Source: Treponemataceae bacterium
GTDB taxonomy: Bacteria; Spirochaetota; Spirochaetia; Treponematales; Rectinemataceae
Direction of reading: 5' to 3'
Assembly (NCBI GenBank): GCA_963678065.2
Contig: CAXXVZ010000003.1
Coordinates: 288,001-352,000, forward strand
Length of the DNA: 64,000 nt
Within the stretch, counting starts at the first letter, position 1. Each line of letters begins with the position of its first letter. Of this stretch, positions 47,202-56,287 are shown in pieces. Made by a program: the position numbers and the translations under genes. Below the pieces are notes generated by a model that saw only the letters and a program-made list of their open reading frames with translations, did not search any database and was not told the origin of the DNA.

Positions 47202-47250
47202 CCGGCGCACGCGACCTTTCACGAGGGGAAGCGGGCCGCAAGGAGTACCC

Positions 47251-48993
47251 ATGTCGCTTTCCAACTCTCTCGATCTCGTCAGACATTCTGGCGCGCACAT
47301 CATGGCCGAGGCTGTGCTCAAGCTCTATCCCGGCACCAAATTCGGGATAGGCCCCGCTATCGACAACGGCTTCTACTACGATTTCCAGCTGCCGGCCCCC
47401 ATCCAGACCGAGGATCTCGCCGCGATCGAAAAGGAGATGCGCAGGATCATCGCCGGAAACCACGCATTCGTCCGCAGCGAGGTATCCAAAGAGGAGGCCA
47501 GGAAACTTTTCGCGGACCAGCCATTCAAGCTCGAACTGATCGAGGGTCTCGAGGATGGAACCATCTCCGTCTACGAGCAGGATGGTTTTCGCGACCTCTG
47601 CCGCGGCCCCCACGTCGCCACAACCCGCGACATTAAGCCTGATTCCTTCAAGCTGGTCTCCATCGCCGGAGCCTACTGGCGCGGCGACGAAAAGCGGCCC
47701 ATGCTCACCAGAATTTACGCCTACGCCTTCGCATCGAAGGCCGAGCTCGAGGCCTACATAAAGATGCTCGAGGAGGCCGAACGCCGCGACAACCGTCGTC
47801 TGGGCAAGGAGCTCGACCTCTTCTCCACCCACGAGGAGGCCGGCCCAGGTCTCATCTACTGGCACCCCCGCGGCGGGCGCTTCCGCGTCGAGCTGGAGAA
47901 TTGGTGGCGCGAGGAGCACTACAAGAACGGCTACGAGATCCTCTTCACCCCCCACATCGGCAAGAGCTGGCTCTGGGAGACCTCGGGCCACCTCGGCTTC
48001 TACAAGGGCAACATGTACTCGCCGATGAAGATCGACGAGGACGACTACTACGCGAAGCCGATGAACTGCCCCTTCCACATCATGATCTACAAGAGTTCTA
48101 CCCGCTCCTACCGCGAGCTGCCCCTGCGCTGGGCGGAGCTCGGCACCGTGTACCGCTACGAGCGCGCCGGCGCCCTCCACGGACTCATGCGCGTCCGGGG
48201 CTTCACCCAGGACGACGCCCACATCTTCTGCACCCCCGAGCAGATCGAGGACGAGATCGCCGAGGTCCTGCGCTTCAGCCTCTCCATGTGGAAGACCTTG
48301 GGATTCAAGGAGATCAAGGCCTACCTCGCCACCAAGCCCGAGGGAGCCGGCGCTGTCGGAGATCCTGAGCGTTGGGACCAGGCCCTCGAGTCGCTGCGCA
48401 AGGCCATCGAAAAAGAGGGGCTCGAGTACGAGAGGGACGAGGGCGGTGGGGCATTCTACGGCCCGAAGATCGACCTCAAGGTGAGGGACGCAATAGGCCG
48501 CGAGTGGCAGATGACCACCATACAGTTCGACTTTAACATGTCAGAACGCTTCGAGATGGAGTACATCGACGCAGACGGACAGCGCAAGCGGCCCTACATG
48601 GTCCACCGCGCCCTCCTCGGGTCGATCGAACGCTTCTTCGGCGTCTTCATCGAGAACTGCGCCGGAGCCTTCCCGGTCTGGCTCTGTCCCGACCAGGTGG
48701 CCGTAATCCCCGTCGCGCCCACCTTCTCTGACTACGCGAAGGAAGTTGCCGCGAAGCTCAAGCTTGTCGGAGTGCGGGCCATGGCCATGCTCTCCGACGA
48801 GAGGATGAACGCCAAGATCCGGGACGCACAGAATCTCAAGATTCCCTATATGCTCGTCGTCGGGCAAAAAGAAGCCGAGGGCGGCCTCGTGTCTGTGCGC
48901 ACCAGGGACGGAAAGCAGGAGAACGGCCTCGCCTACGCCGATTTCCAGGCCCGAATTCTGGAAAAGATCGCCTCAAAGGCCCTCGACCTCTGA
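47251..48993 (+). CDS. thrS: Threonine--tRNA ligase (lacks N-terminal TGS domain)
   Basis: RHSGAH, DLCRGPH, KPMNCP, RVRGFTQDDAH and FYGPK motifs; AGGAG RBS before ATG 47251. Confidence 0.96.
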   Translation: MSLSNSLDLVRHSGAHIMAEAVLKLYPGTKFGIGPAIDNGFYYDFQLPAPIQTEDLAAIEKEMRRIIAGNHAFVRSEVSKEEARKLFADQPFKLELIEGLEDGTISVYEQDGFRDLCRGPHVATTRDIKPDSFKLVSIAGAYWRGDEKRPMLTRIYAYAFASKAELEAYIKMLEEAERRDNRRLGKELDLFSTHEEAGPGLIYWHPRGGRFRVELENWWREEHYKNGYEILFTPHIGKSWLWETSGHLGFYKGNMYSPMKIDEDDYYAKPMNCPFHIMIYKSSTRSYRELPLRWAELGTVYRYERAGALHGLMRVRGFTQDDAHIFCTPEQIEDEIAEVLRFSLSMWKTLGFKEIKAYLATKPEGAGAVGDPERWDQALESLRKAIEKEGLEYERDEGGGAFYGPKIDLKVRDAIGREWQMTTIQFDFNMSERFEMEYIDADGQRKRPYMVHRALLGSIERFFGVFIENCAGAFPVWLCPDQVAVIPVAPTFSDYAKEVAAKLKLVGVRAMAMLSDERMNAKIRDAQNLKIPYMLVVGQKEAEGGLVSVRTRDGKQENGLAYADFQARILEKIASKALDL

Positions 48994-49031
48994 GACCGAG
49001 AGAGGTCGGAACACAGGAGAGCGGGAGAGCC

Positions 49032-49745
49032 ATGACGGACAAGGACAATCTGCCATTGACGAAGGGGCTTTCTCGGCTCGCGGCGGCCCTCTCTCTCACG
49101 GGCGGGGGCTGCGTCGTCCTCTACGCCGTTCGCGTTTCCTTTTCGGGGAAAACTTCGTATTCCTTCCTGCTCTGGAATCTCTTCCTCGCCTACGTTCCCT
49201 TTCTCGTCGCCGTCGGGGGGGCCTGGCTTCTCGAGTCTCTCCCCCGACGCGCCAGACCGGCCTTCCTTGTCCTTCCTGTCTCTCTGGTCTGGCTTCTCTT
49301 CTATCCGAACGCCCCGTATATTTTCACCGACTTCATCCATGTCATGAACAAAACCTACATAAATACCCAGTCGGCCGAAATGCTCGGAAAAAATGGTTTC
49401 CTGTGGTACGACCTCATCATGACGGCGGCCTTCGCTTTCGTGGGGCATTTCGTGGGCCTCATATCGGTGTGGCTCGTGCAAAGAGAACTTGAGCGTTTCT
49501 GGGGAACATGGCCGGCCCGGCTCTGTACGGTCGCCGCCATCGGACTCTCCGGCTTCGGCATCTATCTGGGCCGTTTCTCCCGCCTCAACTCCTGGGATCT
49601 GCTCGTCTCGCCGCGCAAGGTCGCGGGAGCCATGCGCGTGATCGCCGGAGATCCCCATGCGATAGTTTTTTCTCTCGCCTTTTCCCTCGTGATCCTGCTG
49701 TCCTATTTCGCCCTTGTCGTCTTCAAGAAGACCGGTCAGTCCTGA
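49032..49745 (+). CDS. DUF1361-like membrane protein
   Basis: WNLFLAYVP, WLLFYPNAPYIFTDFIH and GIYLGRFSRLNSWD motifs. Confidence 0.8.
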   Translation: MTDKDNLPLTKGLSRLAAALSLTGGGCVVLYAVRVSFSGKTSYSFLLWNLFLAYVPFLVAVGGAWLLESLPRRARPAFLVLPVSLVWLLFYPNAPYIFTDFIHVMNKTYINTQSAEMLGKNGFLWYDLIMTAAFAFVGHFVGLISVWLVQRELERFWGTWPARLCTVAAIGLSGFGIYLGRFSRLNSWDLLVSPRKVAGAMRVIAGDPHAIVFSLAFSLVILLSYFALVVFKKTGQS

Positions 49746-50752
49746 TTTTTGCCGCAGGGCGCGGCTGTCGATTCCCGTACTACGAGGGAGTGGGAAAAAA
49801 CGAGGGGTTCCGTGCCGATTCCCTCTCCGGATATGAGAAGGGACATGACCTCGGCCGTCCTGGCGCCCATGTCGAGGATGGGCTGGCGGACCGTCGTGAG
49901 GCCTGGCGTCATGTAACCCGTGATATCGATGTCGTCGAAGCCGATGATGCTGACATCGCCGGGCACTGAGAGGCCGGCTTCGTAGAGGGCTCGGATGGCC
50001 CCGATGGCGATCTCGTCCGTGACAGCGAACACTGCCGTGCATTCCCTGCCCGCCTGGAGGAGTCTCTCCATGCCGAGTTTTCCGGCCTCTGGGCTGTAGG
50101 ATGGGACACTCACCTTATCCTTTTCGTGAAAGGCGATGCCGTGAGCCTCGAGAGTCCTGCGGTAGCCCGTTGTCCTCTGGTCGCTGAAACTGAAATGGGC
50201 CCCCGCGATGATCCCGATCCTGCGGTGTCCAAGTCCGACGAGATGGTTGACAGCCTCGGCGGCTCCCGACTCCTCGTCGACGTGGACCGCCGGAAAATCG
50301 TAGTCCACGCGGTCGAAAGTCGAGAGCACCACCGGCATCGGAGACTCGGCGAGGTACTCGTAGAAGGCGGGGTATCTGACTTCGTGGATCATGATGATGC
50401 CGTCGAGCTTCTCGGATTTGATCCGCTTGAGGCAGGCCTGTTCGCTCTCGTTGTCCCACTTCACGAAAAAAAAGAGCGTGTGGTAGCCGTAGATTTCCAG
50501 ATGCCGCTCGATGATCGAGAAGAGTTGACGCTGGAACATGTTGAAGGTGTCGGGGATGACGATGCCCACCGTGAATGTGCGTCTCAGCACCATAGATCGC
50601 GCGGCGTGGCTGGGGACATAGCCCTTTTCCTTCACGACGGCCATGACCCTCTCCCGGATTTCCTTCTTGACATATTCCCGGTTGTTGATGACCCGCGATA
50701 CAGTTGCAGGCGAAACTTCCGCGAGACGGGCGATGTCCTTGATGCTGAGCAT
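49736..50752 (-). CDS. LacI-family transcriptional regulator
   Basis: IKDIARLAEVSPATVSRVIN HTH; VSIIGFDD..LTTVRQP; start ATG 50752. Confidence 0.93.
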   Translation of the reverse strand: MLSIKDIARLAEVSPATVSRVINNREYVKKEIRERVMAVVKEKGYVPSHAARSMVLRRTFTVGIVIPDTFNMFQRQLFSIIERHLEIYGYHTLFFFVKWDNESEQACLKRIKSEKLDGIIMIHEVRYPAFYEYLAESPMPVVLSTFDRVDYDFPAVHVDEESGAAEAVNHLVGLGHRRIGIIAGAHFSFSDQRTTGYRRTLEAHGIAFHEKDKVSVPSYSPEAGKLGMERLLQAGRECTAVFAVTDEIAIGAIRALYEAGLSVPGDVSIIGFDDIDITGYMTPGLTTVRQPILDMGARTAEVMSLLISGEGIGTEPLVFSHSLVVRESTAAPCGKNQD

Positions 50753-50758
50753 TTTTGG

Positions 50759-50787
50759 AGTATACGCGAGGCTCTCGGCTCCGACAA
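50759..50787 (-). promoter_or_regulatory. sigma70 promoter, leaderless geometry
   Basis: Minus strand TTGTCG-17-TATACT-6 nt-ATG(50752). Confidence 0.7.
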
Positions 50788-50825
50788 GCGAAGCATTCCG
50801 GTCGAGAGACAAAAATCGACATTCG

Positions 50826-50870
50826 TGAAATATTGTTTGCAGAATTTGAATAAATGAAATATAATTGTCA
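50826..50870 (+). promoter_or_regulatory. Promoter overlapped by twin TGAAAT-N-TGCA-like boxes
   Basis: TTGCAG(50837)-17-TATAAT(50860); boxes tgaaatattgtttgca and tgaaatataattgtca start 29 bp apart. Confidence 0.7.
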
Positions 50871-50876
50871 TAAAGA

Positions 50877-50987
50877 ATGACGGCGAATTTGCGACTCTAA
50901 ATGCGGGCGGTGTTCAAACGGCTTCACGAAACCCTGGGGAATACTATAATTTATGTAACGCACGACCGACTCGAGGCCATGACCATG
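50877..50987 (+). pseudogene. Remnant of MalK/UgpC-type ABC ATPase
   Basis: Translates ANLRL*MRAVFKRLHETLGNTIIYVTHDRLEAMTM (D-loop to H-switch region) with in-frame TAA at 50898. Confidence 0.8.
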
Positions 50988-51218
50988 ATCTCTTCGACGG
51001 AGACGACGCGAGGCTGGAATTACAGTGAAATGAACGATATCCCGGAGCAGGGCTCCGGGGTATCGTTCGTTCTGTAAGGAATGGATTGTATGCGGGTCCA
51101 TACCCGATAGTCACTTCACAAGAAAGAGCGAATCAAGCGGAGGTATGGACCCGCATGTGAATCAAGCGGAGAAGGTCGCTTCGGCCTTCTCCTCGTTACC
51201 TCGATTAAGGCGGTATAC

Positions 51219-52100
51219 ATGACAGCACCGGACGACCTGCGGGTTTTTAAACGACTCCTCGAGGAAAAGAACGAGGGATTTTCCAAGAGCCAGAAGAAAA
51301 TTGCCGCCTACCTTCTCTCCGACCACGACCACGCCGCTTTCATGAACGCGGCCGAGCTCGCGGCCCGGCTGGAGGTGAGCGAGGCGACAATCGTCCGTTT
51401 CGCCGTCGCCCTCGGTTTCGAAGGCTTCCCCCAGCTGCGAAAGTTCCTGCAGAACATACTTCGCGACAAGGTCTCGCCCGCAATCCGCATGCAGAACAAG
51501 CTCGAGGATCTCCGCCATGGCGAAGGGCACATCCTGTCTCAGGTAGTCGAGATGGAGACGAAATCCATCTCGGAGATAGGGCACACCGTCCATGTCAGGG
51601 AATTCGACACGGCAGTCTCCGCCATCCTGCGCGCGCAGCGGCTCTTCGTATTCGGCATAGGTCCCTCGCGCATCCTCGCGGAACTCATCCAGCTCCGCCT
51701 GAACCGTTTCGGAATCCAGACAGAGGGACTCATGGAGTCGGGCAGGGATCTCCTCGACAAGCTCCTCCTCCTCCGACCCGGCGATGTCGTCTTCGCCTCG
51801 GCCTTCACTCGGATGACGGGCGAGCTGATAGCCGTTCTCAAACATGCGAGGCGCGTCGGCTGCGCCAAGATTCTCATCACCGACATCACGGATACGGACC
51901 TTTTCTCATACGTCGACACGGTCATGAGCGTGAAGCGCGGTCCAATCCATTCCTTCCATTCCATGACGGCGCCTATGACCGTCATCAATGCACTCATCCT
52001 GGCGGTTGCGATGGCCAAACCCGAAGAGAGCCTGCGCTCTCTCGCCGAACTTGAGGAATTCCGCAAGGAATACGATCTCGATCCGATCGGGGTTCTCTGA
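51219..52100 (+). CDS. RpiR/MurR-family regulator (HTH plus SIS)
   Basis: SKSQKKIAAYL, VSEATIVRFAVALGFEGF and FGIGPS motifs. Confidence 0.92.
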   Translation: MTAPDDLRVFKRLLEEKNEGFSKSQKKIAAYLLSDHDHAAFMNAAELAARLEVSEATIVRFAVALGFEGFPQLRKFLQNILRDKVSPAIRMQNKLEDLRHGEGHILSQVVEMETKSISEIGHTVHVREFDTAVSAILRAQRLFVFGIGPSRILAELIQLRLNRFGIQTEGLMESGRDLLDKLLLLRPGDVVFASAFTRMTGELIAVLKHARRVGCAKILITDITDTDLFSYVDTVMSVKRGPIHSFHSMTAPMTVINALILAVAMAKPEESLRSLAELEEFRKEYDLDPIGVL

Positions 52101-52228
52101 TGGGAGCTTCAGTCGCGCGAACGCGCCGACGCGATTAACCTGGCGCTCATGCAGCCAGAATGAGATTCTGCGAGGGCACGTTTCCCTGCGTCCAATCGGC
52201 ATCTGATACTACACAAAAGTTTAGAATC

Positions 52229-52298
52229 TGAAAACGTTTTTATAAAACGAAATGAAATGATTCTTGCATGAACAAAATTAGTGAAGTACAATTTTGCA
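52229..52298 (+). promoter_or_regulatory. ABC operon promoter with LacI-type site and twin boxes
   Basis: tgAAAACGTTTT at 52229-40; TTGCAT(52264)-17-TACAAT(52287); boxes at 52253 and 52282. Confidence 0.7.
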
Positions 52299-52319
52299 AT
52301 ACTCAAAGGGAGGTATTCC

Positions 52320-53354
52320 ATGCGAAGACTTCTTCTTTCCCTCATCGCCCTGACGCTGCTCGCTCTACCGGTCATGCAAGCAGCTGCAGCGGGCGAATCC
52401 GATTCCAAAACACTTGTCGTGTACACGGCATTGCCCGAGTCCGAACTGCCGACCTACTTCGGCGAGTTCCAGAAAGACACAGGCATAAAGGTCCAGTACG
52501 TACGGCTTTCCGCCGGCGAGGTGCTTGCGCGGGTGAAGGCAGAAAAAGCCAATCCCCAGGCTAGCGTGTGGTATGGGGGCTCCTACGACAACTTCGTCGC
52601 GGCAGCCAAGGATGGCCTGCTTGAGGCCTACCAGTCCCCCGAGCTCAAGAACATCCCAAAAGAGTATTACGACGCCGCTGGCTTCGCGAATCCTTTCTAT
52701 GTGGGCGCGATTTCCTTCGCCTGCAATACGGAGTGGTTCAAGAAAAAGGGGCTGCCATACCCGACATCCTGGAATGACCTGCTCAAGCCCGAATTCAAAG
52801 GGCAGATTTCGATGGCCCATCCCGGGACATCGGGCACTTCCTACACCATACTCGCGACCATCGTGCAGATGCGCGGCGAGGCGGGCGCCTGGGAGTATTT
52901 CAAGGCGCTCAACCAGAATATCCGCCAGTACTCCAAGGCCGGAGCCGCTCCGCCCATGGACGTAGGTCTCGGCGAGGCCGCCATCGGCATCACTTTCTCG
53001 CACGACGGACTCAAGCCTGCCTTCGAGGGATACCCCGTAGCCCTCTCCTTCCCCAAGGACGGCACCGGCTACGAGATCGGCTGCTCAGCCCTCATCAAGG
53101 GCGGCCCCGCGAAGGAACTCGCCAACGCCAAACGCTTCATCGACTGGACGATGAGCAAGCGCGGGCAGGAACTCTTCGAGCCATCCAATTCTTTCCGGCT
53201 CCCGGTGAACCGCCTCGCCAAGCCGCCGAAGGGCGCCATCGACATCGACAGTCTCAAGGTGATCAATTATGACGCTGTCTGGGCGGGTGAGAACCGCAAG
53301 CGCCTCGTCGAAGAATTCACCAAGACCATAGCATCCCAGAACAACCTCAAGTAG
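52320..53354 (+). CDS. ABC substrate-binding protein, FbpA/AfuA family
   Basis: Signal peptide; EKANPQASVWYGG, PTSWNDLLKPEFKG and PGTSGT motifs; GGAGG RBS. Confidence 0.88.
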   Translation: MRRLLLSLIALTLLALPVMQAAAAGESDSKTLVVYTALPESELPTYFGEFQKDTGIKVQYVRLSAGEVLARVKAEKANPQASVWYGGSYDNFVAAAKDGLLEAYQSPELKNIPKEYYDAAGFANPFYVGAISFACNTEWFKKKGLPYPTSWNDLLKPEFKGQISMAHPGTSGTSYTILATIVQMRGEAGAWEYFKALNQNIRQYSKAGAAPPMDVGLGEAAIGITFSHDGLKPAFEGYPVALSFPKDGTGYEIGCSALIKGGPAKELANAKRFIDWTMSKRGQELFEPSNSFRLPVNRLAKPPKGAIDIDSLKVINYDAVWAGENRKRLVEEFTKTIASQNNLK

Positions 53355-53362
53355 TGCACACC

Positions 53363-53391
53363 CGCGGCGGAAAGACTGTCTTTCCGCCGCG
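53363..53391 (+). other. Intercistronic 13-bp hairpin after SBP gene (mRNA stabiliser/attenuator)
   Basis: cgcggcggaaaga-ctg-tctttccgccgcg. Confidence 0.75.
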
Positions 53392-53434
53392 CACATTTTC
53401 CTCAGCCACAAGAGAAAATCTCCAAGGAGCCGCA

Positions 53435-55105
53435 ATGAAGGGTCGAAATTCATCTACGCGCCTTTCTCATCTCGTGCGGGACCCGGTGCTGCTTTTTTTT
53501 GTCGTTCTGGTGTTCGCGGGGCTTGCGCTCTTCGTCGTCCTGCCTCTGTACCGTATTTTCGTCTACGGTGTCACGAACGACGCGGGAAGGCCGGATCTCA
53601 GCGCCGCTTTCGGGATGCTCAGGTCGGGGAGCTACGCGGCGACCTTTCGCAACTCGATGCTGCTCGGCATCGTGACCGCGCTGATCGCCACTGTGGTGGG
53701 CTACATTTTTGCCTACGCGATCACGCGCACTGACATACCGCTCAAGGGATTCTTCAAGGCCATCGCGACAATTCCCATCATTTCGCCGCCCTTCGTCCTT
53801 TCCCTCTCGATGATCTTCCTCTTTGGCCGCAACGGCCTCATCACGAGAAAACTGCTCGGAATCGAGGATGCTAATGTCTACGGCATGCGCAGCCTCGTGA
53901 TCGTCCAGTCGATTTCCTTCTTTCCCATCGCCTATCTGACCCTCACCGGCATTCTGCAGAAGATAAACCCCGCCGTCGAGGATGCCGCATTGAACCTCGG
54001 CGCGTCGAAATGGAGGATATTCCGCACGGTTACCCTTCCGCTTTCGCTGCCAGGGATAGTGAGCGCCCTCCTCCTCGTCTTCATCCAATCTATGGAAGAC
54101 TTCAGCAATCCCGCTGTCATATCGGGAAGCTTCTCGACCCTCGCCGTGGAGGCATACAGGATCATAACCGGCATGTACGACATGCGGGGCGGCTCCCTCA
54201 TGGCCCTCATGCTGCTCGCTCCGACCCTCCTCGCTTTCGCACTCCAGAAGTACTGGCTCTCGGGAAAATCCTTCGTGACCGTGACGGGGAAGCCCAGCCA
54301 GGCCAGGAAGCGCACGGCCGATCCCCGCCTGACCTGGCCGCTCTTCGCTTTCTGCGCGCTCGTGGCCTTCATCGTTCTTCTGTTCTACGGAACCGTCCTC
54401 GTGGGCGCCTTCGTGAAGATATGGGGAATCAACTTCTCCTTCACACTGAACCACTTCAAATATGTCTTTTCGCTCGGTTGGGAGCCATTGCGCAATTCCG
54501 TCACCCTGGCCCTCCTCGCGACGCCGCTCACCGGCCTTTTGGGAATGATCATCGCGTTTCTCGTCGTCCGGAAGGATTTCCCTGGAAAAAGACTCATGGA
54601 GTTCGTGTCCATGCTGACTTTCGCTGTGCCGGGAACCGTGGTCGGGATAGGTTACATTCTGGCCTTCAACCAGAAGCCCCTCCTCCTGACGGGCTCGGCC
54701 TTCATCCTTGTGATGGTTTTTACCTTCCGGAACATGCCTGTCGGCATCGAGGCGGGAACTTCGACCCTTCTCCAGATCGACAGGTCCATCGAGGAAGCTT
54801 CCGCCATTCTCGGCGCCACGAGTGCGGTGACCTTCAGGCGCATCAGTCTGCCCCTCCTCAGGCAGGCATTCTTTTCCGGCCTCGTATACTCCTTCGTGAG
54901 GTCGATGACCGCGGTCAGCGCTGTCATATTCCTCATCTCGCCGCGCTGGAACCTCGCGACGGCCGGCATCTTCTCGCTCTTCGAATCGAGCAAGTATTCC
55001 GACGCGGCGGCGTACATCGTCGTCATGATCGCAATCATCATCGCGGCCATCGGGATACTGAACCTTCTCGTCGGCCTGCTCGGCAAACCCGAGCGCCAGG
55101 CATAG
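53435..55105 (+). CDS. ABC permease, FbpB family (two EAA motifs)
   Basis: EDAALNLGA and EEASAILGA; AGGAG RBS before ATG 53435. Confidence 0.9.
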   Translation: MKGRNSSTRLSHLVRDPVLLFFVVLVFAGLALFVVLPLYRIFVYGVTNDAGRPDLSAAFGMLRSGSYAATFRNSMLLGIVTALIATVVGYIFAYAITRTDIPLKGFFKAIATIPIISPPFVLSLSMIFLFGRNGLITRKLLGIEDANVYGMRSLVIVQSISFFPIAYLTLTGILQKINPAVEDAALNLGASKWRIFRTVTLPLSLPGIVSALLLVFIQSMEDFSNPAVISGSFSTLAVEAYRIITGMYDMRGGSLMALMLLAPTLLAFALQKYWLSGKSFVTVTGKPSQARKRTADPRLTWPLFAFCALVAFIVLLFYGTVLVGAFVKIWGINFSFTLNHFKYVFSLGWEPLRNSVTLALLATPLTGLLGMIIAFLVVRKDFPGKRLMEFVSMLTFAVPGTVVGIGYILAFNQKPLLLTGSAFILVMVFTFRNMPVGIEAGTSTLLQIDRSIEEASAILGATSAVTFRRISLPLLRQAFFSGLVYSFVRSMTAVSAVIFLISPRWNLATAGIFSLFESSKYSDAAAYIVVMIAIIIAAIGILNLLVGLLGKPERQA

Positions 55106-55114
55106 GAGGGTATC

Positions 55115-56287
55115 GTGGCAAAATCCGAATTCAGCTCGAAGAGTTCGAGCGTGACGCTGAAAAACCTTACCAAGAAATTCGCGAGCCTCGACGGGTCCGG
55201 CGAGATGACTGCAGTGGACGATGTCAGCCTCGAAATCGGCGACGGAGAACTCGTGACCCTCCTCGGTCCCTCCGGATGCGGCAAAACGACGACTCTGAGG
55301 ATGGTGGCCGGCTTCGAGTTCCCGACCTCGGGTTCCATTTTTATCGGTGGCAAGGATATCGCCCTCGTGCCGCCGAACAAGCGCGGCATATCGATGGTCT
55401 TCCAGAGTTACGCTCTCTTTCCCCACCTCACGATCTACGAGAACGTGGCCTACGGACTCCGGGTGCAGAAGCTGCGCAAGGCCGAGATCGCGGAGCGCAC
55501 CGCGAAGGTCCTCGATCTCATGCAGCTGACATCCATGGCCAAGCGTTTTCCGAGCCAGGTTTCCGGCGGACAGCAGCAGCGCATCGCCCTCGCACGCGCC
55601 GTCGTCATCGAACCGAAGGTGCTCCTGTTCGACGAACCCCTGTCCAATCTCGACGCGAAGCTTCGCGAGTATATGCGCGACGAGCTGCGCAAGCTGCAGA
55701 AGAGACTCGGCATCACGAGCCTTTACGTGACCCACGACCAGGACGAAGCCATGGCCATCTCCGATCGCGTCGTCATCATGGAGGGTGGAAGGATACGGCA
55801 GGCCGGGACGCCGAGGCAGATCTACGAGCATCCCGGCTCGAAATTCGTCGCGAATTTTATGGGAAAGGCGAATTTCATACCGGCACGCTTCGGGGGCATG
55901 GAGGGAGAGGCCGCGCGTGTCGAGGTCTGGGGCCGCGAGATCAGCCTTCCCAGGCCCGGCCTGCCATTCGCCGGGGGCGCGGCGCTTCCCGAATCGGGCG
56001 AAGGACTTTCCCTTGTCGTGAGGCCCGAGGCGGTCAAACTATCCCCGGCGGGGGAGGGAAGCGGGGCGGGGCTCCGCAGGGCTTCCGTGGAGCGGCTCAC
56101 CTATTTCGGCGGCGTCGCCCTGTACGAAGTGAAGGCGGGCGAACTCACGCTGATCGTGGAGAGCTACAATCCCCAGGCGACAGGCGTCTACGAGGAAGGG
56201 ACGGAGGTGGATATTCACTTCGATCTGGATTCCGTGCGGATCCTCCCGGAAACCGATACAAGGAACATCGATGCGCAGCGACCATGA
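55115..56287 (+). CDS. ABC ATP-binding protein (FbpC/PotA-like)
   Basis: GPSGCGKT, VSGGQQQR, LFDEP and YVTHD motifs. Confidence 0.93.
   Translation: MAKSEFSSKSSSVTLKNLTKKFASLDGSGEMTAVDDVSLEIGDGELVTLLGPSGCGKTTTLRMVAGFEFPTSGSIFIGGKDIALVPPNKRGISMVFQSYALFPHLTIYENVAYGLRVQKLRKAEIAERTAKVLDLMQLTSMAKRFPSQVSGGQQQRIALARAVVIEPKVLLFDEPLSNLDAKLREYMRDELRKLQKRLGITSLYVTHDQDEAMAISDRVVIMEGGRIRQAGTPRQIYEHPGSKFVANFMGKANFIPARFGGMEGEAARVEVWGREISLPRPGLPFAGGAALPESGEGLSLVVRPEAVKLSPAGEGSGAGLRRASVERLTYFGGVALYEVKAGELTLIVESYNPQATGVYEEGTEVDIHFDLDSVRILPETDTRNIDAQRP

Noticed and set aside
46431..47250. ORFs in the clpS-thrS gap and the 48-aa thrS N-terminal extension
   Set aside because: Region is explained by the promoter and T-box RNA; thrS has an SD at ATG 47251
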